Shown piece by piece: positions 15,819 through 22,454 of a stretch of DNA of 39,056 nucleotides. Both the position numbers and the translations under genes were made by a program. Source of the DNA: a virus; the IMG/VR virus record IMGVR_UViG_3300032893_000157, positions 1-39,056 of that record. One strand, 5' to 3'. Under the pieces are notes generated by a model, which was given only the letters and a program-made list of their open reading frames with translations, had not been told where the DNA came from and searched no databases. Positions within the stretch are counted from its first letter, which is position 1, and each line of letters starts with the position of its first letter.

Positions 15819-16210
15819 AGTTTTCGATCCTTACGATCCATGTAGAACCTCTTTAAGTGTATGTGGTAATGGCCCTTTACGCTGCGGCGAACTTCAGTAT
15901 TTTCAGTAATTTCATGGTAATGCGTATCTAATTCTTTTAAAATCGACTCTTTTTCAATCAGCTCATCGAGCGTCATTTCACCGCGTAGGGCAAAAATTCG
16001 CTTCGGGACTAACATATCGTGAGTATCGTATAGAGTATCGCCTGGGTAACGATTCTCAATTAAACGCCAATAGCGGTAATCAATGATGCTAGGCTCTTCA
16101 CTCAGAGGTATAGTCTCGCCCTTTAGCTTGGCCGTTTGGTAAATCCTCTCGCCGGCGTCAGACCGGTAGGACATTGGCGTTCTAATTCTTTTTACTCTTG
16201 ATTGCTTCAT
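15815..16210 (-). CDS. HIT-superfamily-like protein (histidine-triad motif)
   Basis: 131 aa. GHYHIHL fits the H-phi-H-phi-H-phi-phi triad. IENRYPGDTLYDTHDMLVPKR resembles the upstream HIT/GalT-type strand. ATGA overlap with the methyltransferase gene. Confidence 0.5.
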   Translation of the reverse strand: MKQSRVKRIRTPMSYRSDAGERIYQTAKLKGETIPLSEEPSIIDYRYWRLIENRYPGDTLYDTHDMLVPKRIFALRGEMTLDELIEKESILKELDTHYHEITENTEVRRSVKGHYHIHLKRFYMDRKDRKL

Positions 16211-16382
16211 AGAAATTTTCCGCGCTTAATTGCAATTCTTGCAGTATCCGTTTTAAATCCTTGTGAGTAGCATAGGCTCTTAACAGATTAACGAAAGCCA
16301 AAATTGTCAGTACCAGCCAGAGAATTATCAGCAGGAAAGCAATCTCAGTTTCTCTGTCGTAAGAAATAACTAATTGGTGCAT
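16182..16382 (-). CDS. Small membrane protein (66 aa)
   Basis: One hydrophobic helix, IAFLLIILWLVLTILAFVNLL. Confidence 0.5.
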   Translation of the reverse strand: MHQLVISYDRETEIAFLLIILWLVLTILAFVNLLRAYATHKDLKRILQELQLSAENFYEAIKSKKN

Positions 16383-17098
16383 CAGAATAGCCTTACTACA
16401 TCTTTAGCAGCATAATTGTAAATATCTTCAAAAGCTCTTAACATATCCCGCTCGCGTGAAAACTGCTGCAACTGTTCACCATAGTTTTTTAATTTATATA
16501 GCATCCGTTCATGGCTGTAATCTGGGTGACTAATGAAAGTCAGTATAGCATAGGCTCCTGGCCGATTAAGGTCTGGTACTAGCTCGCGAATATCGGCTAA
16601 TTTTTCCAAGCGCTCGCGGACTTTTATTAAATCATCGATCTTTAAATCGCCATTTTTAAAATCTCTAGCAAAGCTATTGTGACCAGAAGTGCTAGTACCA
16701 CAAACTTGCTTCATTATATTAAACTGTTCGCCGTAGTCCTCAACTAGCTGTAAAAACTTTTCATATTCTTTGTTACCTAATTCGGCATAGCTGGTGGCGT
16801 AATCAATCCAGTTCCAGTTTCTTTGAGCTTGGTTAATATTTCTGACCGTATCAATAGTTAAATTTGGCTGTAGGGTGTAAAAGACCGGCCAACCAAGTAT
16901 CTCTAAAGCCGCAATCCGGTGCTGACCGTCAATAATTTCCCAGTTTTCATTGATAATAACTGGAAAGTTCTGAGTCAAATTACCATGATTAGTCAAATGT
17001 CTGACCAATTCTTTAACGTGCTTTTTATCAACACCTCTGTTACCAGGCATTTGTTTAAACTTTGTGTATTCCTTAGTCTTTTTAATCTGTAAATCCAT
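16382..17098 (-). CDS. ParB-like / DGQHR-motif domain protein
   Basis: 238 aa. IIDGQHRIAALEILGW is the DGQHR/ParB-N signature. Confidence 0.6.
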   Translation of the reverse strand: MDLQIKKTKEYTKFKQMPGNRGVDKKHVKELVRHLTNHGNLTQNFPVIINENWEIIDGQHRIAALEILGWPVFYTLQPNLTIDTVRNINQAQRNWNWIDYATSYAELGNKEYEKFLQLVEDYGEQFNIMKQVCGTSTSGHNSFARDFKNGDLKIDDLIKVRERLEKLADIRELVPDLNRPGAYAILTFISHPDYSHERMLYKLKNYGEQLQQFSRERDMLRAFEDIYNYAAKDVVRLF

Positions 17099-17114
17099 GC
17101 TATCCTCTCCTTAA

Positions 17115-17462
17115 TTATGCCTTGTGCGGCCTAAACTCACCTAAATCGTAGTCCCAGATATAGACGTTACCATCTTGACCTAAACCAAAAACATTATTCT
17201 TGTAGACGCTGATAGAAGTTATCCGTATGAATTCATATTCTGCTGGGATCAGAGGCGCATCTACAATATTCAAACTGTTCGTAACATACCTCATACGCTC
17301 CTTACGAATATTCTCACGGTAGTTTTCTAGGCTGTCAGACTGCCAGATCCGTTTAACGGTTGACTTACTGCGGCCCAGTACATTAGCCAGTTTGCCGATC
17401 GATACGCCACTATCTTTAAAACTTATGATCTGATCGTATTCCTTTTGTGTGATATTACGCAT
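17115..17462 (-). CDS. Helix-turn-helix DNA-binding protein
   Basis: 115 aa. DSGVSIGKLANVLGRSKSTVKRIW looks like a resolvase/terminase-type HTH. Confidence 0.55.
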   Translation of the reverse strand: MRNITQKEYDQIISFKDSGVSIGKLANVLGRSKSTVKRIWQSDSLENYRENIRKERMRYVTNSLNIVDAPLIPAEYEFIRITSISVYKNNVFGLGQDGNVYIWDYDLGEFRPHKA

Positions 17463-17705
17463 TTAGTTCTCCTTTAACCTTAATAATTTACGTTGATATT
17501 GAGCGTCGTAATATTTCGCTCCAAAACTTCTTAAAACCGTATATATAGTCTGAACTGACACGCCATAGTGGTCGGCTATTGAAACTGCCGTCTTACCATT
17601 CTTGTACATGCTCATAACTTTTTGACGTTCTTTGTGTGGCCGTTCTAACCGCATAAGGTCGTCAACATCTTTAACAGACCAGTCATGGCCGATAGGTTTA
17701 CTCAT
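17463..17705 (-). CDS. Helix-turn-helix DNA-binding protein
   Basis: 80 aa. KNGKTAVSIADHYGVSVQTIYTVLRSFG looks like an HTH. Confidence 0.55.
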   Translation of the reverse strand: MSKPIGHDWSVKDVDDLMRLERPHKERQKVMSMYKNGKTAVSIADHYGVSVQTIYTVLRSFGAKYYDAQYQRKLLRLKEN

Positions 17706-18396
17706 TTAGTGCCGCCAAAATCATATTAGCTTCTTCAATCGTATTGATAACTCTCTTGCCGGTGATGCTTTCAATATAGTCAAGCATTTCGGTAGCATCT
17801 GTAATGCCATTGCTCATTAAAGCCTCCATGACTTTTTGCTTAGTTTTAGATAGGTCGGCTTCCATAGCATCACGATCTATTTCCTCTACAGGAGTTGGCT
17901 CATAGCCAGCCATTTTGATGATCCAGGCTAGGAAATTCCGGTAAGCTTTACCTATAGCCCTGGTTTGAGCCATAGAAGCTACAGCATACTCCTCAAAACT
18001 AGTTTTCTTTTTCTCTTTATTGGAGGCGTAAGCTATACCTCTTGAAATAACTGTGCCGTTTTGATTGATAATCTCGACTTCAGCGCGGTATTTAATCTCG
18101 TTAGGCTGTAGTTGCTCGGCTTCAGTGATCCTAAAACAAGACTTAACGATATCTGTCAAGCCATTCAGGGTACCGACAAACTGCCAGCCTTCAACTTGCA
18201 TATATTGCTTGCCGGCAATATCGACAGATAGGTTATTAGCTTTGGCAAAGTCAGCCAACTGCCGGCCTTGTGACTTGGCTTGAGCTAAAGTAATTTTCTT
18301 GTATAGAATCGGCGCTTTATCTAAGCCCACGCTTGTTCGGGACTTGCTGGATCGTTGTCGCTTGCTTCTTGTTTCGCCTTTAACTTCTTCAGCCAT
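17698..18396 (-). CDS. Possible Rad52/Sak-like single-strand annealing protein
   Basis: 232 aa. GKQYMQVEGWQF, RAEVEIINQNGTVISRGIAYAS and AVASMAQTRAIGKAYRNFL line up by eye with the Rad52-fold core. Weak call. Confidence 0.35.
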   Translation of the reverse strand: MAEEVKGETRSKRQRSSKSRTSVGLDKAPILYKKITLAQAKSQGRQLADFAKANNLSVDIAGKQYMQVEGWQFVGTLNGLTDIVKSCFRITEAEQLQPNEIKYRAEVEIINQNGTVISRGIAYASNKEKKKTSFEEYAVASMAQTRAIGKAYRNFLAWIIKMAGYEPTPVEEIDRDAMEADLSKTKQKVMEALMSNGITDATEMLDYIESITGKRVINTIEEANMILAALNE

Positions 18397-18605
18397 CGTA
18401 GCGTTTCATCCTTCCTCTTGGGTACTAAGCTCCAAGTTTCAATATCTATATCCATATCAAAGAGCATAGCTTTGACTTCAAGCTCATCTAAAGCTTTTTG
18501 GATGTCTTCAGGTATCAAACCTTTAGGTAATCTATACATCGTAATACTCCCAACAAACAACACAGCCGTCGTTTGGATCGATGTGACAGTCATGATCAGG
18601 TACAT
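18321..18605 (-). CDS. Hypothetical protein (94 aa or shorter)
   Basis: ORF; its 3' end overlaps the next gene by 76 nt. An internal Met (MYRLPKG) is an alternative start. Confidence 0.45.
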   Translation of the reverse strand: MYLIMTVTSIQTTAVLFVGSITMYRLPKGLIPEDIQKALDELEVKAMLFDMDIDIETWSLVPKRKDETLRWLKKLKAKQEASDNDPASPEQAWA

Positions 18606-18745
18606 TATTCATCGTCTACTTCCCCGCTCAAAGAAGCTGCTAAGTCGTCTAGGCTATCTATAAGGTTTTCAATAGCTTGGTTTTGAGCTTCCAAAGCTTC
18701 AGCCAATTTATTGATTAGTTCTGTAAGTTTCTCAAGTTCTGTCAT
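18605..18745 (-). CDS. Small coiled-coil protein (46 aa), absent from the ORF track
   Basis: ATG at 18745 in an ATGA overlap with the upstream stop. Its TAA overlaps the next ATG (TAATG). Sequence MTELEKLTELINKLAEALEAQNQAIENLIDSLDDLAASLSGEVDDE. Confidence 0.5.
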   Translation of the reverse strand: MTELEKLTELINKLAEALEAQNQAIENLIDSLDDLAASLSGEVDDE

Positions 18746-18981
18746 AGTAAGCTCGCTTCTTTAAGCTTGTCAGTCAAGTAGCTATTGGCGGCTGAAATTA
18801 ATGTCGCTGAGCTAGAGAAAATCACCACATTAGTCAGATCCTCTAGGTTGTGCTTAATGTATTTCTTCAGTTCGTCAACATCTTTAAATTGAGCTATCTG
18901 CTTCTTATTAGTCCATGCATAAGGTACGCCGTCGTTACGGCGACTAATATCCGCTGCTTCCCACAATTCAACATTAAACAT
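18742..18981 (-). CDS. First gene of the minus-strand early operon, hypothetical (79 aa)
   Basis: ORF immediately downstream of the predicted minus-strand promoter, with AAGGA upstream. Confidence 0.55.
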   Translation of the reverse strand: MFNVELWEAADISRRNDGVPYAWTNKKQIAQFKDVDELKKYIKHNLEDLTNVVIFSSSATLISAANSYLTDKLKEASLL

Positions 18982-19007
18982 TAGGTGCTATCCTTATTAA
19001 CGTGCTT

Positions 19008-19036
19008 ATGATAACACAAAAACAGTACTTATGCAA
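19008..19036 (-). promoter_or_regulatory. Putative sigma70-type promoter for the minus-strand early operon
   Basis: Minus strand reads TTGCAT, a 17-nt spacer, then TATCAT, about 27 nt upstream of the ATG at 18981. Confidence 0.45.
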
Positions 19037-19063
19037 GCACTTTTTTCATATTAAATAATGTTC

Positions 19064-19092
19064 TTGACATGGTTACGCTTATGTCGTATAAT
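19064..19092 (+). promoter_or_regulatory. Consensus sigma70-type promoter for the plus-strand operon
   Basis: TTGACA (19064-69), an exact 17-nt spacer, then TATAAT (19087-92). AGGAG lies 6 nt before the ATG at 19125. Confidence 0.75.
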
Positions 19093-19124
19093 CTGCTGCT
19101 ATTAACTAATTTTAGGAGTTTGTA

Positions 19125-19364
19125 ATGGGTATTGAAAACTATTACGCGTTTGTTATTGAGGATGCTTCTACCCGTGCTCAGATCTATCGTGAAAAGCGGC
19201 AACAGCTTGAACAGGTAGATCCACCTACTGAAGCTATAGCTGAACAACTTGGTCGGCTAAGTGTTGGTGAAGAGCATTGGACTCATCGAGCTGAGGTAGC
19301 TGGCCGCTTACTTAATGTTATTTTAGAATCCGAAGGCGATAGACAACTTATCGATTCAATGTAA
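19125..19364 (+). CDS. Small plus-strand protein A (79 aa), unknown function
   Basis: ORF with a good SD. N-terminus YYAFVIEDASTRAQIYREKRQQLEQ resembles protein C. Confidence 0.65.
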   Translation: MGIENYYAFVIEDASTRAQIYREKRQQLEQVDPPTEAIAEQLGRLSVGEEHWTHRAEVAGRLLNVILESEGDRQLIDSM

Positions 19365-19606
19365 TGGCTGACACATATGTTTACAACGAGTGGCGCATGA
19401 GTAAAGTTGAGACACCAGTGCCGCAAGATCTACTTTTGAGGCAGATTGAGCTAGAGGCTGACATCCAGGAAACTCAAGCACAGATTGCTGACCTAGTTGA
19501 CCACCTGACTAACTTACTAGATGCTAAAGAGTCGCTGGATTTCCACATTTCAGTAGCCAGACATCTGATCTACAAGGATAACCAGGGGCCGGACACATGG
19601 AAATAA
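19364..19606 (+). CDS. Small plus-strand protein B (80 aa), unknown function
   Basis: ORF whose ATG overlaps the upstream TAA (TAATG). Confidence 0.6.
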   Translation: MADTYVYNEWRMSKVETPVPQDLLLRQIELEADIQETQAQIADLVDHLTNLLDAKESLDFHISVARHLIYKDNQGPDTWK

Positions 19607-19824
19607 TCCCATCCCATATGTACGATGTCTACATTTTTGAAGCAACCGGCCGGCTAACCGAACTAGCTGAACAAAAAGCTCAGCTTGAGCAGCAACCGGT
19701 AAGCTTTGATAATGTCTTAAGGATTGGTAATATTGACCGCGAAACTCGGACTTTAGAGTGCAATATATTCTTAGCCGAGCATGGCTTTGACCCAATCCTT
19801 GACGACGAACAGGCAAAGTCTTAG
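19597..19824 (+). CDS. Small plus-strand protein C (75 aa), unknown function
   Basis: ORF overlapping B by 10 nt. YDVYIFEATGRLTELAEQKAQLEQ is similar to protein A. Confidence 0.6.
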   Translation: MEIIPSHMYDVYIFEATGRLTELAEQKAQLEQQPVSFDNVLRIGNIDRETRTLECNIFLAEHGFDPILDDEQAKS

Positions 19825-19840
19825 ACTTAGAAATACTATT

Positions 19841-19900
19841 TGCTGTTCATGGTAAATAGAAAACCGCCCTTGCGGACGGTCTTGCTATTCATGGTATATG
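19841..19900 (+). repeat. Imperfect 18-nt direct repeat pair flanking a hairpin
   Basis: tgctGttcatggtaAatA (19841-58) and tgctAttcatggtaTatG (19883-900) match at 15 of 18 positions. Between them lies ACCGCCC-ttgc-GGACGGT (19863-80), a stem with one mismatch. Confidence 0.6.
19863..19880 (+). terminator. Weak candidate terminator of the plus-strand operon
   Basis: 7-bp stem with one mismatch and a TTGC loop, 39 nt after the stop at 19824. The downstream T-tract is poor (cttgctattc). Confidence 0.3.
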
Positions 19901-20283
19901 CACTAAATATAGCGCATTAACACTAATTGTCAACACTAGCAAGCAAGCACTTTAACTTTGCACGACTACCTCATAGTGGGTATAACCCTGGCTCTGATAA
20001 TATAGCGCCTAAATGACCATTATCGACACATGTCGAATATGGTCTGTACGTCAACCAGGTCTATTGCTGAGGGTATTGGTCTAGCTAAAGCGGAGTTTGC
20101 AACTCGACTACCAGCTTGCTGGTCGCTTAACTAGGTAAATAGGCAAAGCCAAGGATAAGTCCTAGCCAACACTCTCTGCAATGCTCATTATGAGATGCCA
20201 CCGTCATCGTTATAAGTCTTAATGAGGGTTGTTTACTGTAAACATAGCTACAGTAAAAGGCGCTGCTATGGTAAGATTTTCTT

Positions 20284-20424
20284 ATGACTGAGCTTGATAG
20301 GGACTGTCTGATGGTTGAAGCAATGTTAGAAATAAACCGTATGCCCTGGCAAGTTAGAATTGCCTTGCAAAACCTGTTGACGGTTCTAAATATTTGGCGG
20401 CAACGTGATAAGCTTAATGAATGA
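20284..20424 (+). CDS. Candidate small ORF (46 aa), absent from the ORF track
   Basis: Reads MTELDRDCLMVEAMLEINRMPWQVRIALQNLLTVLNIWRQRDKLNE. Its TGA overlaps the next ATG (ATGA). No clear SD. Confidence 0.3.
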   Translation: MTELDRDCLMVEAMLEINRMPWQVRIALQNLLTVLNIWRQRDKLNE

Positions 20425-20519
20425 AGATCTTTGCGTGGGCATTAATTATTGTTTCTATATTAATTTTGATCCTACTGGCTATCTTTAAAAAGCCAGACGA
20501 TCATCCTGACGACTATTGA
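20421..20519 (+). CDS. Candidate small membrane peptide (32 aa), absent from the ORF track
   Basis: MKIFAWALIIVSILILILLAIFKKPDDHPDDY: one hydrophobic helix plus an acidic tail. ATGA coupling to the preceding ORF. Confidence 0.3.
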   Translation: MKIFAWALIIVSILILILLAIFKKPDDHPDDY

Positions 20520-20676
20520 CAGCTAGCAAAATCAGAGTAGGCTGAAGTTACTGAGCATTGACCAATTCTCACTCAGTCCCTAACTATGAATATATTTAAA
20601 CGATTTAGAGGCCCTACAAGCCTTTATAAATGCAACTTCAAGCTACCATTCAGGTCTGTACCGAAAAAGCTGCTGG

Positions 20677-20722
20677 AGGCGGATAATTCGCGCCCAAAAA
20701 AGCACGAATTGCCCGTCCGCCT
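20677..20722. terminator. Compound stem-loop at the convergence point (candidate terminator of the long minus-strand unit)
   Basis: AGGCGG(20677-82)/CCGCCT(20717-22) enclose AATTCG(20685-90)/CGAATT(20705-10). It begins 8 nt beyond the stop at 20730 on the minus strand. A TTTTT run follows 8 nt later on the minus strand, and AAAAA precedes it on the plus strand. Confidence 0.35.
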
Positions 20723-20729
20723 GTACTAT

Positions 20730-20957
20730 TCACTTTAGATTCTGGTCATGGAATAGCTTCATTTCGGTTTCTTTTTCAGCCACGGTCAGGAAGCCGGCTC
20801 TGACTGCTTTGTCCAAGCCACTTAATACAACCCCTTCAGTAGCCATTAACCTGTCCTCAGCATCTCGCTGTTCTCTGTAAGCGTCATAAGAAGCTAGACC
20901 CTCGTCAATAATGTCTAGGATTTCATCAACGCTATGTTTATGCTCATGCGACTTCAT
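20730..20957 (-). CDS. Hypothetical protein (75 aa), last gene of the minus-strand unit
   Basis: ORF. Start moved to the third Met (MKSHEHKH) to limit overlap with the upstream gene. Confidence 0.5.
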   Translation of the reverse strand: MKSHEHKHSVDEILDIIDEGLASYDAYREQRDAEDRLMATEGVVLSGLDKAVRAGFLTVAEKETEMKLFHDQNLK

Positions 20958-21171
20958 CGCTCCCACCCACAGGTAATTCAACCACATTATCATATAAGGC
21001 TTCGTCGAGCTGGTTAGCCGCGCCCCTGAAATGATCGCTGACCTGGCGCGGTTCGTATCTGATTTGCTGGAGCGATGTACTTAAGCCATGTAATACCATC
21101 GCACCTACACCCTTAGCAATATCGTACCAGTCGATAATTTTATCTAGCTTAAAGCCCTCGCGTTCACTCAT
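20944..21171 (-). CDS. Hypothetical protein (75 aa)
   Basis: ORF whose start overlaps the peptidase gene stop by 4 nt. Confidence 0.5.
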   Translation of the reverse strand: MSEREGFKLDKIIDWYDIAKGVGAMVLHGLSTSLQQIRYEPRQVSDHFRGAANQLDEALYDNVVELPVGGSDEVA

Positions 21172-21917
21172 AACTGGCTCAGATCGTTATTAAGGCTGGC
21201 GAGATCAAAACCTTCGGGACTTTTACCGGCGGTTAAGAATTCCGGCGATAGATAAACTAGCGCTTCGTCACAGTACGTTAGTATAAAGCCCCAGGATGCC
21301 TTGACAACTTGACCCCAGGTAACAACATGGACATATCTTGAATCGTAAGCTACAGCCGGCACATAATGGCCGCCGATGATCTTTGAACTTCTTACTATTG
21401 TCCAGTTTTTATCAGTATTAAACTGCTGCATAGCTGAAGCTGGAAATTGTAGACCAATAGCGACATTAGAGAATAAATACATGGCTCTTTTAAGTTCATC
21501 TTTAGAGCCTGGTGTGATAGCTAAATAAGCGCCAACTTTATGCCGGTGGCCTTGAGCGTCAATTACACCGGTCTTACGGCGGTAGGAGGCAGCAACTTGC
21601 ATATCTGTACCTTGATCAGTTGACGGATCATTAGGATCAAAACCTGTGACAGCACTGTAATCGCTCAATACAGCTTTATCGTCAAAAACGATGTTTTTAT
21701 CAGCTTCTTTGTTCCAAAGCATCGTTTCGTGGCCTGCACCAGCCCACACACAATCGCCGTACTGATCATTGCCGAGCATATCCCAAGTGTTGATAAGTTT
21801 ATCATGGCCGTAAGTTTTAGGCGTCGCGACAGTTAATAAATAATGACTTAGTTTGAATTTAACGGCGTCCGTTCTAGCAGGAGTTTTGCCTAACTTATTC
21901 ATAATTTCACTATACAC
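21168..21917 (-). CDS. Putative papain-like cysteine peptidase
   Basis: 249 aa. The candidate catalytic Cys is in NDQYGDCVWAGAGH and the candidate His is in KIIGGHYVPAVAYD, with spacing compatible with a papain-like fold. Confidence 0.45.
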   Translation of the reverse strand: MYSEIMNKLGKTPARTDAVKFKLSHYLLTVATPKTYGHDKLINTWDMLGNDQYGDCVWAGAGHETMLWNKEADKNIVFDDKAVLSDYSAVTGFDPNDPSTDQGTDMQVAASYRRKTGVIDAQGHRHKVGAYLAITPGSKDELKRAMYLFSNVAIGLQFPASAMQQFNTDKNWTIVRSSKIIGGHYVPAVAYDSRYVHVVTWGQVVKASWGFILTYCDEALVYLSPEFLTAGKSPEGFDLASLNNDLSQL

Positions 21918-22014
21918 TAGAGTGCTTTTGAGGGTTATTGTACACTTTACAACGCTGCCAGCGGATAGCGGCCGGCCCTAACCCAAAGGGGTTAATATTC
22001 CAGCGTCTACTGAG

Positions 22015-22179
22015 CTAGAAAACTACTAGATTGTGGTTATAGACTAAGAAGGCCACTACCACAGCAATAGCTACTGCTATGACTAGTTTTAGTGGGTCTT
22101 TAACGGTTGCCCTGCCTAGCCAGTAGTCGGCTAGAAAACCTACAAAAGCTCCGAATACGATTGAATTAAATAATTGCAT
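22015..22179 (-). CDS. Small two-helix membrane protein (54 aa), absent from the ORF track
   Basis: ATG at 22179 overlaps the upstream TAA (TAATG). Sequence MQLFNSIVFGAFVGFLADYWLGRATVKDPLKLVIAVAIAVVVAFLVYNHNLVVF. Confidence 0.5.
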   Translation of the reverse strand: MQLFNSIVFGAFVGFLADYWLGRATVKDPLKLVIAVAIAVVVAFLVYNHNLVVF

Positions 22180-22385
22180 TATTGACTCGCTGTTCTGTTA
22201 GTAGTGAAGTAAACCAATATATGTGTAGCCACCCCGACTAAAAGTGAATAAAAACCACTTCTTGACCAGATGTCTTTTACAGTTAAACCATTCTGAGCTA
22301 AGTAAGAGCCAACTGCACCGGCCAAAAAGCCGATCACAGCCTTTTCTTTACCAGTTAGCACAAAATCTTTGATTTTATTAAACAT
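22179..22385 (-). CDS. Holin-like small membrane protein (68 aa)
   Basis: Two hydrophobic segments (AVIGFLAGAVGSYLA and FYSLLVGVATHILVYF). Immediately downstream of the endolysin. Confidence 0.5.
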   Translation of the reverse strand: MFNKIKDFVLTGKEKAVIGFLAGAVGSYLAQNGLTVKDIWSRSGFYSLLVGVATHILVYFTTNRTASQ

Positions 22386-22454
22386 TGCATCCTCTTTTCT
22401 TAAAATTAAATACTACTGATAACGACGATCCGCACTTTTTGCCATGTGCACTCC

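Noticed and set aside
19029-19247. 72-aa minus-strand ORF across the divergent promoter region, and the 88-aa minus-strand ORF at 19550-19816.
   Set aside because: They run antisense to the plus-strand operon, which has a consensus promoter and Shine-Dalgarno sequence. The first would also have to be translated through both promoters.
20041-20082. GGTCT occurring three times (20041, 20058, 20078), considered as possible iterons.
   Set aside because: A 5-mer is too short to carry weight and the spacing is irregular (17 and 20 nt). The longer repeats are listed in the ORF-poor-region finding.
20550-20577. ACTGAG...CTCAGT inverted repeat considered as a terminator for the plus-strand mini-ORFs.
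   Set aside because: It has only 6 bp with a 16-nt loop and no adjacent T-tract.
19825-20729. tRNA, CRISPR array or retron-type element in the ORF-poor region.
   Set aside because: I found no GTTCRANYC T-loop consensus, no 7-bp acceptor stem with a cloverleaf, no regularly spaced 25-40-nt repeats, and no reverse transcriptase or cas genes anywhere in the genome.
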